Part shown: positions 49,827-60,652 of the stretch, piece by piece | Layout: each line of letters opens with the position of its first letter | Numbering within the stretch: the stretch's first letter is position 1 | From: Guillardia theta CCMP2712 | Taxonomy: Eukaryota > Protista > Cryptophyta | Direction of reading: 5' to 3' | Length of the DNA: 64,000 nucleotides | Assembly: GCF_000315625.1 (NCBI RefSeq) | Contig: NW_005434550.1 | Span: 109,391-173,390 of the forward strand | Translations under genes and position numbers: made by a program | Notes under the pieces: model-generated | Database searches by the model: none | Told to the model about the DNA's origin: nothing | The model's input: the letters and a program-made list of their open reading frames with translations, nothing else

Positions 49827-51725
49827 ATGTCGAGAGAGCTGCTTGTTCGCTACCAGCGCTCTTCGCTCTGTTGTCTCCTCCTTCTCAGCTCTCTGATAGA
49901 CGCTGAAAATCATGCGGATCCAAGCGAAGGAGTACGGGAAGGGACAGGAGCAGGGACAGGAGCAGGGTTTCGGGATGTTTTTATCGAGCTGGCCAACACC
50001 TCGTTTCCTCTGGACGTAGACGCACTTCAGGTTCCGGGATTCGAGGTGGTGGTGAGAAGAGAAGAGCGGCATTGGACCAGGTCGCCTCCTCGTCCTCTGC
50101 TCCATGCAGACTGCGAGGGTCTTGAATCCATTCAGCGTCCTACTGTGCTCAACACGCACAGGGTGCTGTACACGGGAGGACACATGGCGAGCCTGCCGTA
50201 CCTGCTGCGCGAACACTGCAAGGTTGGGCCGCCGAAGATGGTGGACGAGGTTGCCTTCGTCGTGAGGAAGTCGAGGGTGTGGGTTTCCCGGCATGGCGCA
50301 ATGATATACAGGGATGGCAGGGGGACAGACAAGGGGCGAGGTCACAAGCGATGGCGAGTCTTGATGCAGCACCCCGAGTATCACAACCTGAACACGAGAG
50401 AACTTGAAGATACTCGCTGCTTCGAGTATGCAGATGTTTTGGTCAATCTAGGTCAAGTCCACTCGCACAACTTCTATCACTTCATTGCTGAGGTGCTCCC
50501 TCGGTTGCTGCTGGTCCCTCCACCCGTCCTTTCGCGCGATGGAACACGGGTGCTGCTTCCTCCTTTCAGCAGGGATCGCAAGAACTTCGTGGAATCGTTT
50601 GTGGAGCTGCTGGACATCAGGAAGGATAAGCTAGCGTCCTCGCACTACCTTGGTTGCCTGCACTTTGCAAGGGAGGTTTGGTTTTCATCCTACTCTCCTT
50701 TCAGGTCGTCTGCCTTGCTGCCTCCTCCTTGTCTCCTCCTTCCTCCCGTGCTCTGCTCACTGTCTTCTCCAGATGGCACTCGCAGACCCCCAGGAACGCG
50801 CTCCTGACTGTTCATTTTACAGTCGTCGAGCGGACAGCATGCAGCTCGAGCGACAGCTCCTCCGACAGCCAGCTTGTCCTCCTCTCTCGGCGGGAAGAGG
50901 AGGAGGATCGGGGGGGAGCGAAGAGTGACGTGCAGAACTGGGATGACGTGGAGAGGTGGATGGCAAAGAGGATGGATCAGGGACGAAGGATTTCCATCGC
51001 TACCATCTTCCCGGGGCGAGAGAGTCTGGAGAGACAGGTAGCGACTGGCTGCTGCATCCTGCCATGTTGAGCTGATCGCGCGCCAGGTCTGCTCCTTCTC
51101 CTCCGTCCATGCTGTCATCGGCTCTCATGGCAGTAACCTCGCCAACATGTTGTGGATGCCAAGGGGCTCGTTGGTGTTTGAGATTCACAAGTAGGATCAA
51201 TGATTCCTTGCCCCCTCCTGCTGTTACTGTTTGTGCTGCTGCTGCTGCTAGTGGTGGTGGTCGTGGTGGTGCTGCTGCTAGTGGTGGTGGTGGTGGTGGT
51301 GGTGGTGCTGCTGCTGCTTCTCCTCCTCCTCCTCCTCCTCCTCCTCCTCATCATCGTAATTGCCGTCGTCGTCATCATCTTGCTCAGCTCGATCTCTCAC
51401 GTTGCATACAGACCAGCCAACGAGCGAGGTCCGGTCTTCGCCAATTTCTGGCACATGGCGGAGGCTCTGGAACTCAGGTGAGAGGACAGAGCAAGGAGGA
51501 AGGAAGGTGATGAATGAGAGTAGGTGGAGGAGGGAAGGGAAGGGCAGAGAATGAAGTAGCGGGGAGAGGGAAAGCAAGAAAGAACGGGGAGAGGAGTGGG
51601 GAGGGAGGAAGACGGGATGAGTCGAGTGAGATGAAACCAGGTATCACTTCACCCTTGCTCATGACGGCTTCGTCCTCACGGAGAAACAAATTGATCGCGT
51701 CCTCGCTGCTCTACAGGGAGGGTGA
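49827..51725 (+). CDS. Glycosyltransferase family 61 (DUF563) protein, multi-exon
   Basis: Hydrophobic N-terminus, then HNFYHFIAEVLPRL, LVLLSRR, SLERQV, AVIGSHGSNLANMLWMPRGSLVFEI and FWHMAEALELRY. Confidence 0.88.
51232..51352. repeat. Compound trinucleotide microsatellite (CTG/GTG/CTC) in a GT61 intron
   Basis: Visible runs. Confidence 0.9.
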
Positions 51726-52063
51726 AGCAAAACAGAGACGCCTTTCGCGTTCCGTTGCCCCGCTCTTCCACTTCCGCCCTCAACCACTCCTCCCGCCCCC
51801 CTTCCCCACTTTTTGTGCAGCTCCTCTCCCCTCCTCTCCCCTCCTCTCCTCTCCTCTCCTCCTGTCTCTTGCCTTGCCTCTCCTGCCCTCTCCTCCCTTT
51901 ATCTCTCCGCGCTTCCTCTCTTCTTAACTCACTTGTCGAGCTTTGTTCTGCATTACATTTACACTACATTCCCTTCCTCCCCTCTTCCTCCTGCCCCTGT
52001 CGCTTCACCAGGAAGTGTCTCCTCAGCTTCACCGCAAAGTTTCCAACGACCCTTCATGAAGAG

Positions 52064-55000
52064 TTACATGTCAAACTTTCTCAGCTCTGGCTCGCACCCA
52101 GAGTTGGGCCTCCTCAAGTGCAGCTGGACGAGAGTACCAGGTGGGCCAGTGATGAGCTCCGACACTTCCTTCACCGACATGTCCTGCAAACATGCCAACC
52201 TGAGCTGGGCCTGAGCTGGAGAGTGAGTATACCTCGGTGGGCCTCCCGTCGATCGCAACGAGCTCGTCTCCTGCTGCACAGTGACGAAAGGGAGGACCTG
52301 GAAGACAGCGAGGAGGAGAGGGAGAGGAGAGATGGTGGAGGAGATCGGATGTACAGGACAAGTGCGTGGGAGAGGCGGGGAGGAAGCGAGATGCAGTAAA
52401 GGAGCACGAAGTGGAAGTAGAGGAGGAGCTGGAGAAGCAAGGAGATCAAGGACTTGCCCGCTAGCACGACGTCTTTCCTCGGCATTCCGCCTTCCTCCAG
52501 CAGCACCTGCTGACATATCAACCTGTGGCACCGACAGGCCGTCGTTCCTCACCCCTTGCACACTGAGAACGGTGAAGGGAGCACGGAGATCAATCTTCAA
52601 CCCTATCCCAAAGTCCTTGGGGCTTCCTGCTGCTGCTGCTGCTGCCGCTGCTGCTGTTGCTGCTGCTCCCTTTGCTGGCCTGTGAGCTTCTGCCGAATCT
52701 CGCCATTGCAAGGTAGGCATATTTTGGTCAGCATGCTGCCAGCTCTCGTTCGAGCTGTTCAATTCCAGCTGAGAACAGTCATGACGTGAGAACGAGATCA
52801 AATTAGGTCTGTCACCTTGTTGAGTAAAGTTTGTATGGAGTGAAGGGCTTCTTCGCCAGAGGAGAAGGAAGACGTGGCGAGGTGAGACTTGAGGCTGCTG
52901 ACCAGCACGTCCACGTCACTCTCACGCCCCTGCGGTGGCCTGACAAGCCTCGATCTTCCTTCCCTCCCCTCCTGCTCCTCCTCCCCTTCCTCCCGGTCTC
53001 CGTCCTCCTCCCCATCCTCCCAGTCTCCATCCTCCTCCACCTCCCTCTCAGCTTCCACTTTGTCCTCCTCGTCATCTTCTTTCGCATCCCTCTTAGTATC
53101 CATTGACAGCTCGTTGTCCTCCTTGGCAATCCTCTCTTTGACCAGAGACAGCGGGGAGATCGAAGGAAGTTTTGCTTGACCTCGTGCGAGAGGAGAACGA
53201 GCGTAGGAGGCGAAGGACAACGAGAACGGGGAGAAGGAGGAGAGGGGGGGGGAGGAGATTTCTTGCTTGTGCAACTCCAGCATACGACCGGAAGTTCTGT
53301 GCTGGTCCTGCACGGCTGATGGGGGAGTGGAGACACTGGCAGCGAGGATGGCAGAGGAGGGTATCCCTGCTGGGAGAGAAAATTGCTCGGACCTGCTGGG
53401 AATGTCGGGCGAGCTCTCTCCCTCAGTCTCGTAGGAGCACGTTGGCTCCTCGGACCCATCCATGTAGATCTTCTCCTGCTCCCTCGCTACCTCCTCGCGC
53501 TCCCCCTCAGCCTCCATCCAGAGCTGCTGCTGCTCCTTCCCTGCCCCCTGTATCTCCTCAGCCTCCTCTTGCCTGCTGATGTCCACCCCGTCCCCTGACG
53601 TCTCGAACGAGGCGCGGACTTGCGAGAACAGCTCTCGGGGCCCTCCTCCTCCTTCACCTCCTGCCAGCGGCGAAACGTCTAGGCTTCCCATGCACAAGTG
53701 AGATCGTAGGGTGAAACCTCCCTCCTGATCCCTTGAGCAATCGAGGTGCAAGGCAGAGGAGGCTGACTCAGTCAGAGCCTCGATGCTCGCCTCGTCGGGA
53801 GCGTTCTTGAGCTCTTGCTCCAGCCCTGCCTGAGGTTCTGAAGCAGGAGACTCTGACACACCAGGTTCTTCAACCTTCTCCCCAGCAGAAGTCTCGGCCT
53901 CTTCACGTCCGCTCTCCACCTGAGTAGAAGGCAAGCCAGCCTTGTCCTTCTTGTCTTGCTCCTCCTGCTCAGCCAACCTCTGCAGAGACGAGGGGAAGTC
54001 AGAGGGCTTGAACCCTGCTTGCCTGCACACGGGGAGGTAGAGCGAGAGGAATCGCTTCCATTCACAAAGTAGGTCAGGCTTTCTGCCCATCACCTTGAAA
54101 TACTCATCCGCGTTCTCCAATACAAGGCCCCCGGCCTTCACTGCGGTCAAGAAGTCGTCTGTCTGACCCAGGAAGTAAGGGCAGTAGATCTCCGCGCGAG
54201 ACACCCTCCTCTGGTCTATGTGAAGCTCCCCTAAGCGCATCGGGCTGAAGACCAATGCACACATGGGCCTGTAGAGTTTGAGAGCGCTGACGGGATTTCC
54301 TTCAAGGGCAACGAACTTGAGCTTCGGCTGCTTCTCAACTCCAGCGAAACTGCAGATCGAGTTGGACTTGAGGCTTAAAAGCTCCAGGTGCGGCATCTTT
54401 CCTAGCCCTCGCATCGAGGTTATGCGGTTGCCCTCAAGGTACAACTCGACTAGCGCGTCTGCGCAGAGATGGATGTGATGCAGGGAGTTGATCATTCTGT
54501 TCTGAAGTGAGAACACCCGTCCGAACACAAGAGACTCTTTTGTGAGAGACTTCCCTTTCTTCGGATTCTCGCACGAAAACAGAAACCCAAGGTAAACCTC
54601 CTCCGCCGGATCCTCCGATCTCCTGCGGGTAACATCCATGGCCCTTTCACCCGACGTAGTGCTTGTCTGAGAGTTGCTTCTACTCATGGCTCTTGGCTTG
54701 GGCTTTTCTACCTCTGCTGATGGATTCAAAGAGGTTGTTTCCTTTCTCCCAGCCTGTTGCCTCTGTGCAGTCTTCATCGTCCAGGACAAGGTTGGCGTAA
54801 GAGACTTGCTGGTGAACATCGATTTCGACGAAGGAGGTTTTGCTGTTGTCAGCGACTTGTTGAGGTAGGAGGGAGCTGTTGAGGTCTTGGTATCCTTGAT
54901 CGTTGCATCTGCTGTGCCTGTGGAAGTCGATTCAGCGCCTTGCGGCTTTACTCTGATCGAGTCAGATGTGATGAATTGTTCCATACGCTCGCACCATTCC

Positions 55001-55663
55001 TGCAACAACCGGTGAGGGCTGAAGAGCGGCAGCATGCAAGGAAACCTTGAGCTGCCGTATTGAGAGGGGAGAGATGCCGTTGCTGTGACCAGAAGCCTCA
55101 GGGACTTCATCTGCTGGGACGTTAGAGGAGAACGACGTCGAAAGAGCGACACGACCAGCTTTGATGTTCGAGGCGACGTACTCGGGCAACTGCACGGCAG
55201 CCCAGCCATGGGGCAACTGAGATGAGGGAGAAGCATTGCTCTAGAGCACAGGAGGTAGTCAGCACGGGCTTCAGACGCTGTCAGATTTCCAGACCTGGTC
55301 AGGAGGAGGTTGCCTCAGAATTTCAATCTCTCGAAGTTGAGCACCAGCAGGACCAGAGCTCTCCTCTCTTCTGGGCTCTTCCTGAATTTTGGCATCGGGA
55401 GGTTTGCGCTTCATGGAGACAAGGCTGCTGGCTGAAGATGCTACTGCTGTCACCCATCCACTGCTGACTAGGAACTTTTCCCTCCTGTACTCAGCCCTTT
55501 CTCGCTTCGATAGAGACTTCAGGACTTCTTCGTCTGTTGCCTTCTTTCCCGAAGAATGATGCCTCCTCCTCCGTTGTCTCCTCTCCTCTCCTCCCCCTCC
55601 CCCTCCCTCCTCTCCCTCCCCTCCCTCCATCGCTCGTACTTCCAGGGCCTCCTTTGTTGCCAT
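52064..55663 (-). CDS. Protein with short SDS22-like LRR block, long acidic disordered region and C-terminal PDZ domain, multi-exon
   Basis: LRR block LVELYLEGNRITSMRGLGKMPHLELLSLKSNSI...LEGNPVS. PDZ: FGIGLKI...GDELVAIDGRPTE|DMSVKEVSELITGPPGTLVQLHLRR. Confidence 0.75.
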
Positions 55664-56001
55664 TGCCAGTGCCCTGTATCGACCTAGTCTACATATAGAG
55701 TTGGAGGTATCTGTTTCCTATGACCTCGGTCATAGAAATATCAAACTTTTGTCATAGGCCCTAGTCAAAGTCCAACGTCAGAAAGTCTGCAAGTTTGGAA
55801 GTTTGAACTTTCAAACTTTCAAACCTCAGACAACTTTGGGTTAGAAGTTTTGAGAACAAAAATGTCAAACCCGTGATGTTCTATTTCCGGTCGGAAGCTA
55901 GAACGATGGCGGGGGAGACGCCATGAGGGAGAGGAGGCGGATGGGGAGGAGAGTCAACTAGCGAGGGGAGGAGGAGGAGCTGAGGATTCAGATAAGGTCC
56001 C

Positions 56002-58480
56002 ATGACTGTCCCATACCGCCTGCCCGCCAGCAGTGCCCAGGGCGGCTCTGCATGGATCCAGTCCGCGGTGAAGATATCATCCTTTACTTTACTGGTCTCG
56101 ATAGTTCTCTTCGTATCCCTCAACGCAGGGCCGAGGGACGTCAGTCTGCTCTCAGGACCGCAGCATCCTGACAGTCTGGATGCTTCTGCGCAAGTTCTGC
56201 ACGACTGGTTGCTCAAGAGAGCCTTTGCAAAGCACAAGACCGAGCGAGAAATTCATGAGCAGGGGCTGGATGAGATAGCTACCAAGATTTTGAAGTCGCT
56301 GGTGGCTCGGAAGAAGATCAAGTCCCTGGCGAGGACTTCTGCTCTCGTCTCGGACGAGCATGTGTCCAGGGGACGAATGTATCAGTCGTCGTTGTACCAT
56401 GAGGGATCAACGCGCGATCGAGTAGCAAGGCCCTCGATCGTGAAGGCTCTGTTTGGTAGACGAGCAGAAGACGAGCAGCGGGACAGAATGCTTCACCGGC
56501 TTCGCATGCTAGAAAAGGCAGTCAGATATGTAAAAGAAGACCAGAGCCCGGAAGTTAGGAGGTATCTGATTTTCATATAATTGTCCTTCGTGTGTTTTGA
56601 ATTGCAACCCGAAGGAAATTCATTCAGATTGACAACTTCAAGAATGCTGACAAGGTGGATCGAGATATTACGATGCGAAATGTGTCATGTTTCTCAAGAA
56701 ATGATCAGGCAATCAACAAGCAAGAGGAAGCTGTCCGTCGGAAGGAAGACGACTTTGTCAACACGTATCTTTTTAGTCATAACAAGTGCTGTGCTGATGA
56801 TTGGTAGCCTTTTGCAGAAAAATTTTGAAACATTCGATCAAAAGTTGGGCTTTGGAGTTGACAATGTACGCTTGCAGAGTCCGCTCAATCCAGCACTGCT
56901 GACTTGTTTGTCACAGGTTGTCAACCACTATTACAGGCATATTCCAAGCTCCCATTCATGGGAATCGCCGATGAACTCGACCGCTGGAGATGCAGTCGAC
57001 TTCTTGTCAAACTCTGCAGGAAAGGGAGGTTCCAAGATAGTGATCACCCTCCAAGGAGGAGAGGACCAATCGTCTGACACTCCTGAAATCGTGATTGGAG
57101 TCAAGAGGAGGGCAGCAGCCGGCACGTCTACATCTGTGCTCTCTCAAGATGAAAGCTGTCCATGCTTGGACACTTTCACATACAAGAGCTCGATTTATAG
57201 TGGCTGCATTGCTACCGATGGCTGGGATAGACCATGGTGTGCTACTGAAGGGTGCGGTACGTGCGGGAACAGCATGATTTCTTCATCGTGTTGGAAATTC
57301 TGTGGAACCTTTGATGAGACTCCACCAAAAGCTGTGAACAGCAAGGACTCCAAAGGTGAGATGGATCACAATAACAAAGCTGGCAGTTGTGCTAGCTAGC
57401 ACTTTTCCTTTAGCTAACAGCACTTTGAAGGTCCGGAGTTGCCACGTAGAGCTGAGAAGCAACCAGACACCGAACCCGCCGTTTCTACTGCTGAAAGTGG
57501 TACTACAAATGTCTCCAACTCCTCGCTCGTTTGTCACTCACCTGCTAGTAGCAGGCGGACCGGTCTTGTCACCAGCAGTTTGTAAGCGAGACGCTGGGAA
57601 GTTCTTCTGCAAGACGGACCTGATATGCGTGATCTCGTGCGAAGGATGTACAGACCTACCAAGAGGCGCGGCAGATGCCGACGGGAACATTTGCAGCCCT
57701 GCCCTGGACGAGAAGACAGAGACAACTGCTCCTGCTGCGGAGGAAAGCAGGCAGGAAGACGGAGAGGTGAAGGTGATGCTGGAAGACAGTCGTCGATGTT
57801 TCTAACGAAAGTCGTGTGGGACAGGAGGAGAGCGAGAGGAGGGGGACTGCTGAGGAGAAGAAACCTGAACATGCAGAGGAGAAAGAAGCAGAACAAGAGC
57901 CCCAACCCCCCTCAAGGAACAAAGGTCCTGCCCGTGCCTGCTGCTTGCCTCTTGTGAAGTTTTTGGATTTCTTTTATCAGAACCGGAAGTTCAGCAGGAG
58001 GAGCCCGAGAGACCAAGGAAGAAACCACAGCAAGACAAGCAGGAGGAGGAGCCAAAGGAGGAGGAGAAATCGAAGGAGCAGCCCAAAGAGGAGAGGTGAA
58101 GTCGAGGACGTGGCAAGATTGTTCTGATCGCACCTCAGGAAAGCTCCGGAAGAAAAGAACGCCGCGAAGGAGGAAGGCAAGGAGGAAAAACCAAAGGGAG
58201 ACAAGCCGAGGGAGGCGGAGGCTTCAAGTGAAGGATCCGGTGGCAGTGGAGAAGGCAGGGAACCGGAGGCGAGGAAAGAAGAAGAGCGAGAAGATCAGAG
58301 CGGAAGGGGAGGAGGGGAGAATATGCGGCCTCTCACCTACAGCTCCATGTTGCCGCTGCAACGAGCAGCCTGGCGATTGCAGGAGGAGGCCCGTCACCTC
58401 TCGACAGAGCAGGAGGAGCTGCGAGACGCTCAGCAGAAGGCCAGGAGGTGAGAAGGAAGGAGGAGGTGAGGGGTGACTGA
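56002..58480 (+). CDS. Type-II membrane protein with a fibronectin type-II-like domain and a Glu/Lys/Pro-rich tail, multi-exon; end approximate
   Basis: TM helix ISSFTLLVSIVLFVSL. FN2-like segment CPCLDTFTYKSSIYSGCIATDGWDRPWCATEGC...CWKFC at ~57157-57303. Confidence 0.7.
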
Positions 58481-58739
58481 CGTATTGCCAAGCATCGAGA
58501 AGAGCATCGTATCCACGAGGAAGGAACTTTCTAGCAGGGAGATGGATGGAGGTAGGAGAGAGGGAGGGGGAGGAGGAGGAGGAGGAGGAGGAGAGAGAAG
58601 GGAGAGGGAGAGAGGGAGGGAGGAGCGGAGGAGGGAAATCTTTAACTTCTGCCCGCAGGCTCGGTTGGGAATGGTTGGACATTGACATTCCTTTCATTCG
58701 GCATCGCCATCCTCGCTCTCTTGATCATGGTATGCCAGC

Positions 58740-60391
58740 TTCCTTGACCTCGTCCCCGCTTCAGTTGTCCTCCCCGTTTGTCTTGCGCTCTGCTCTTCAC
58801 CGCTTGGCATCCTCGTCCTCTTCCTTCCCTCCTGTCCTTTCCTCCTCCCATCCCCTCCTCTTCTCATGCCTTGCGCAGGCAGCAGTCGTGGCCATTCTTG
58901 TCCTCAACAGGTCTACCAATGTAGTTATAGAAAAGTAGATTCTTCCTCTACCCTCTCCCTTATAGAAAAGTAGATTCTTCCTCTATCCTCTCCCTTCTCT
59001 CTCCTCCTCCCGCTGCTCGTTCGAACTCGATGATCAGCTTCTCCTGCGCCTGCCATGTTCTCAGCTGAGCCATCGATCCAGCCAATCCCTAGCTGGACTC
59101 ACCTCCAGTCTCCGCATCCATCGCTCGAGAGCTGGTAGAGCTGTTGCCTCCCCTGCTGGCACATCAGTCCGGGTAGGAGCAACAATCCACTCCTGACCCT
59201 CCCTTGGAACCATCTCCCTCCTCATGCTCGCCCTCCCGTAGGACTTCTTCAAGCTCGCCGTCAGCTCTGCTCGCTGCTTCTCCACCAGCTCGCGAGCCTG
59301 TTGGCAGTTCATGAGAGGCAAGAGGGAAGAGGAAGGTGAGGAAAGGAGCGACGGCTGAGCACATGACAGCAGTGGAGGTTGGAGAGCTTAAGGAGGATTC
59401 ACCTCCAAGAGGAGACCGTTGATGTCTTCCCTCAGCGTGCATGCTTCCCTCCTCGCGTCTTCCAACTTGACCCCCCAGAAGTCGAGGGGACGAGCGATCG
59501 AGCTTTCCTTGTCCCCCGTCCTCACCCACGTCCTTTCGTCGCCCGCTGCTTCCTGCCGGCTGCTCTCGGAGACCAGAGGGCCCTTCGCTTTCCTGCTGAG
59601 GGCCTGCTCAAGGGAAGCAAGCTTCCTCTCGAAGTACTCCACGTTCTGCAAGGGTCAAGCGAGTCAGCAAGAAGCGTCGGGTCTGTTAAGCGTGCATGCT
59701 GCTACCGCAAGTAGTCTGTTCCTCATCTCGGGGCAACTGATAGCAAGCTGAGCAGGAATAGGAACTTGAGCCTTGCCTTGCTGTTGCTGCCGCTCATGGG
59801 TAAGACAAGAATCCAAAGGATCGTTTCCATGGTTTACTTCGATCTTGCTGCCTCTTCTCCTTTCTGACTCCTTCCTGATCTCATACAACATCTGCAGACA
59901 GAATCAACACTGGAAGTGAAAAAGGGAGGCTGGAAAAGACGGCTGAGAGGAGATTATGGAGTCATGCCTTAGACACTGCTGGAATCTCCTTCGCTATCTT
60001 GACAAACACGTCGTCCCTCTTCGTCTTGCGATTATTCGGGTCCGATCTGACCGACGGATGTCAGAGGGAATCATTTCGCAGTGCAGCATTACAGGCGGTC
60101 CCAAACCGAAAGCTTCTTCACCTCGACCTCTTCATCTTCCTTGCTGTCCAACATGTCTCTGTTCATCTCATGTGAAAACAGAGGCGAGACGTATCGATCG
60201 GTCTCTTCCATGAGCTTGTAACTCTTCTTCACCAGCTCCCTCAACTCCTGCGCTCTTGTAGCTTCGCCATGGGACAAGAAGACCACGGAAGAACTTTCTT
60301 CTTCCTTCACGTCCCTGCGGCTCTTGCTGCCTGGCCGCCATGCACGTCGCGGAGGTCCCGATGTCACGACCATGAGCAAGGTTACTGCCAT
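58740..60391 (-). CDS. Hypothetical coiled-coil protein, multi-exon; ends approximate
   Basis: Charged helical exons: ELRELVKKSYKLMEE, NVEYFERKLASLEQALSRK and ARELVEKQRAELTASLKK. Confidence 0.45.
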
Positions 60392-60478
60392 GAAAGTGTG
60401 AGTGGTACCTTTAGACCAATTCCAGACCGCTCCTCCCTCCCTCCCTACCTCCATGTTGTACTGTCGATCCTCTCAAAT

Positions 60479-60547
60479 CCTCCTGTCCTCCTGTCCTCCT
60501 GTCCTCCTGTCCTCCTGTCCTCCTGTCCTCCTGTCCTCCTGTCCTCC
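60479..60547. repeat. TCCTG/TCC-based microsatellite
   Basis: Visible CCTGTCCT-type run. Confidence 0.85.
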
Positions 60548-60652
60548 TCCTCTCCTCTCTTTTCCTCCTTCTCTCAGCCCCTACTTCCCGCTCTACCGCC
60601 TGTCTACACATTGACAACAACTAACGTCCGTTAAAAAGGGAAGAAATAACGG

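Noticed and set aside
51115-51577. Poly-Leu/Val and poly-Arg/Thr ORFs as membrane or repeat proteins
   Set aside because: They are translations of an intronic trinucleotide microsatellite.
58926-58996. ~34-bp direct duplication (a ~52-bp one also at 33443-33545) as a target-site duplication
   Set aside because: The copies are adjacent with no intervening element, consistent with simple slippage in introns.
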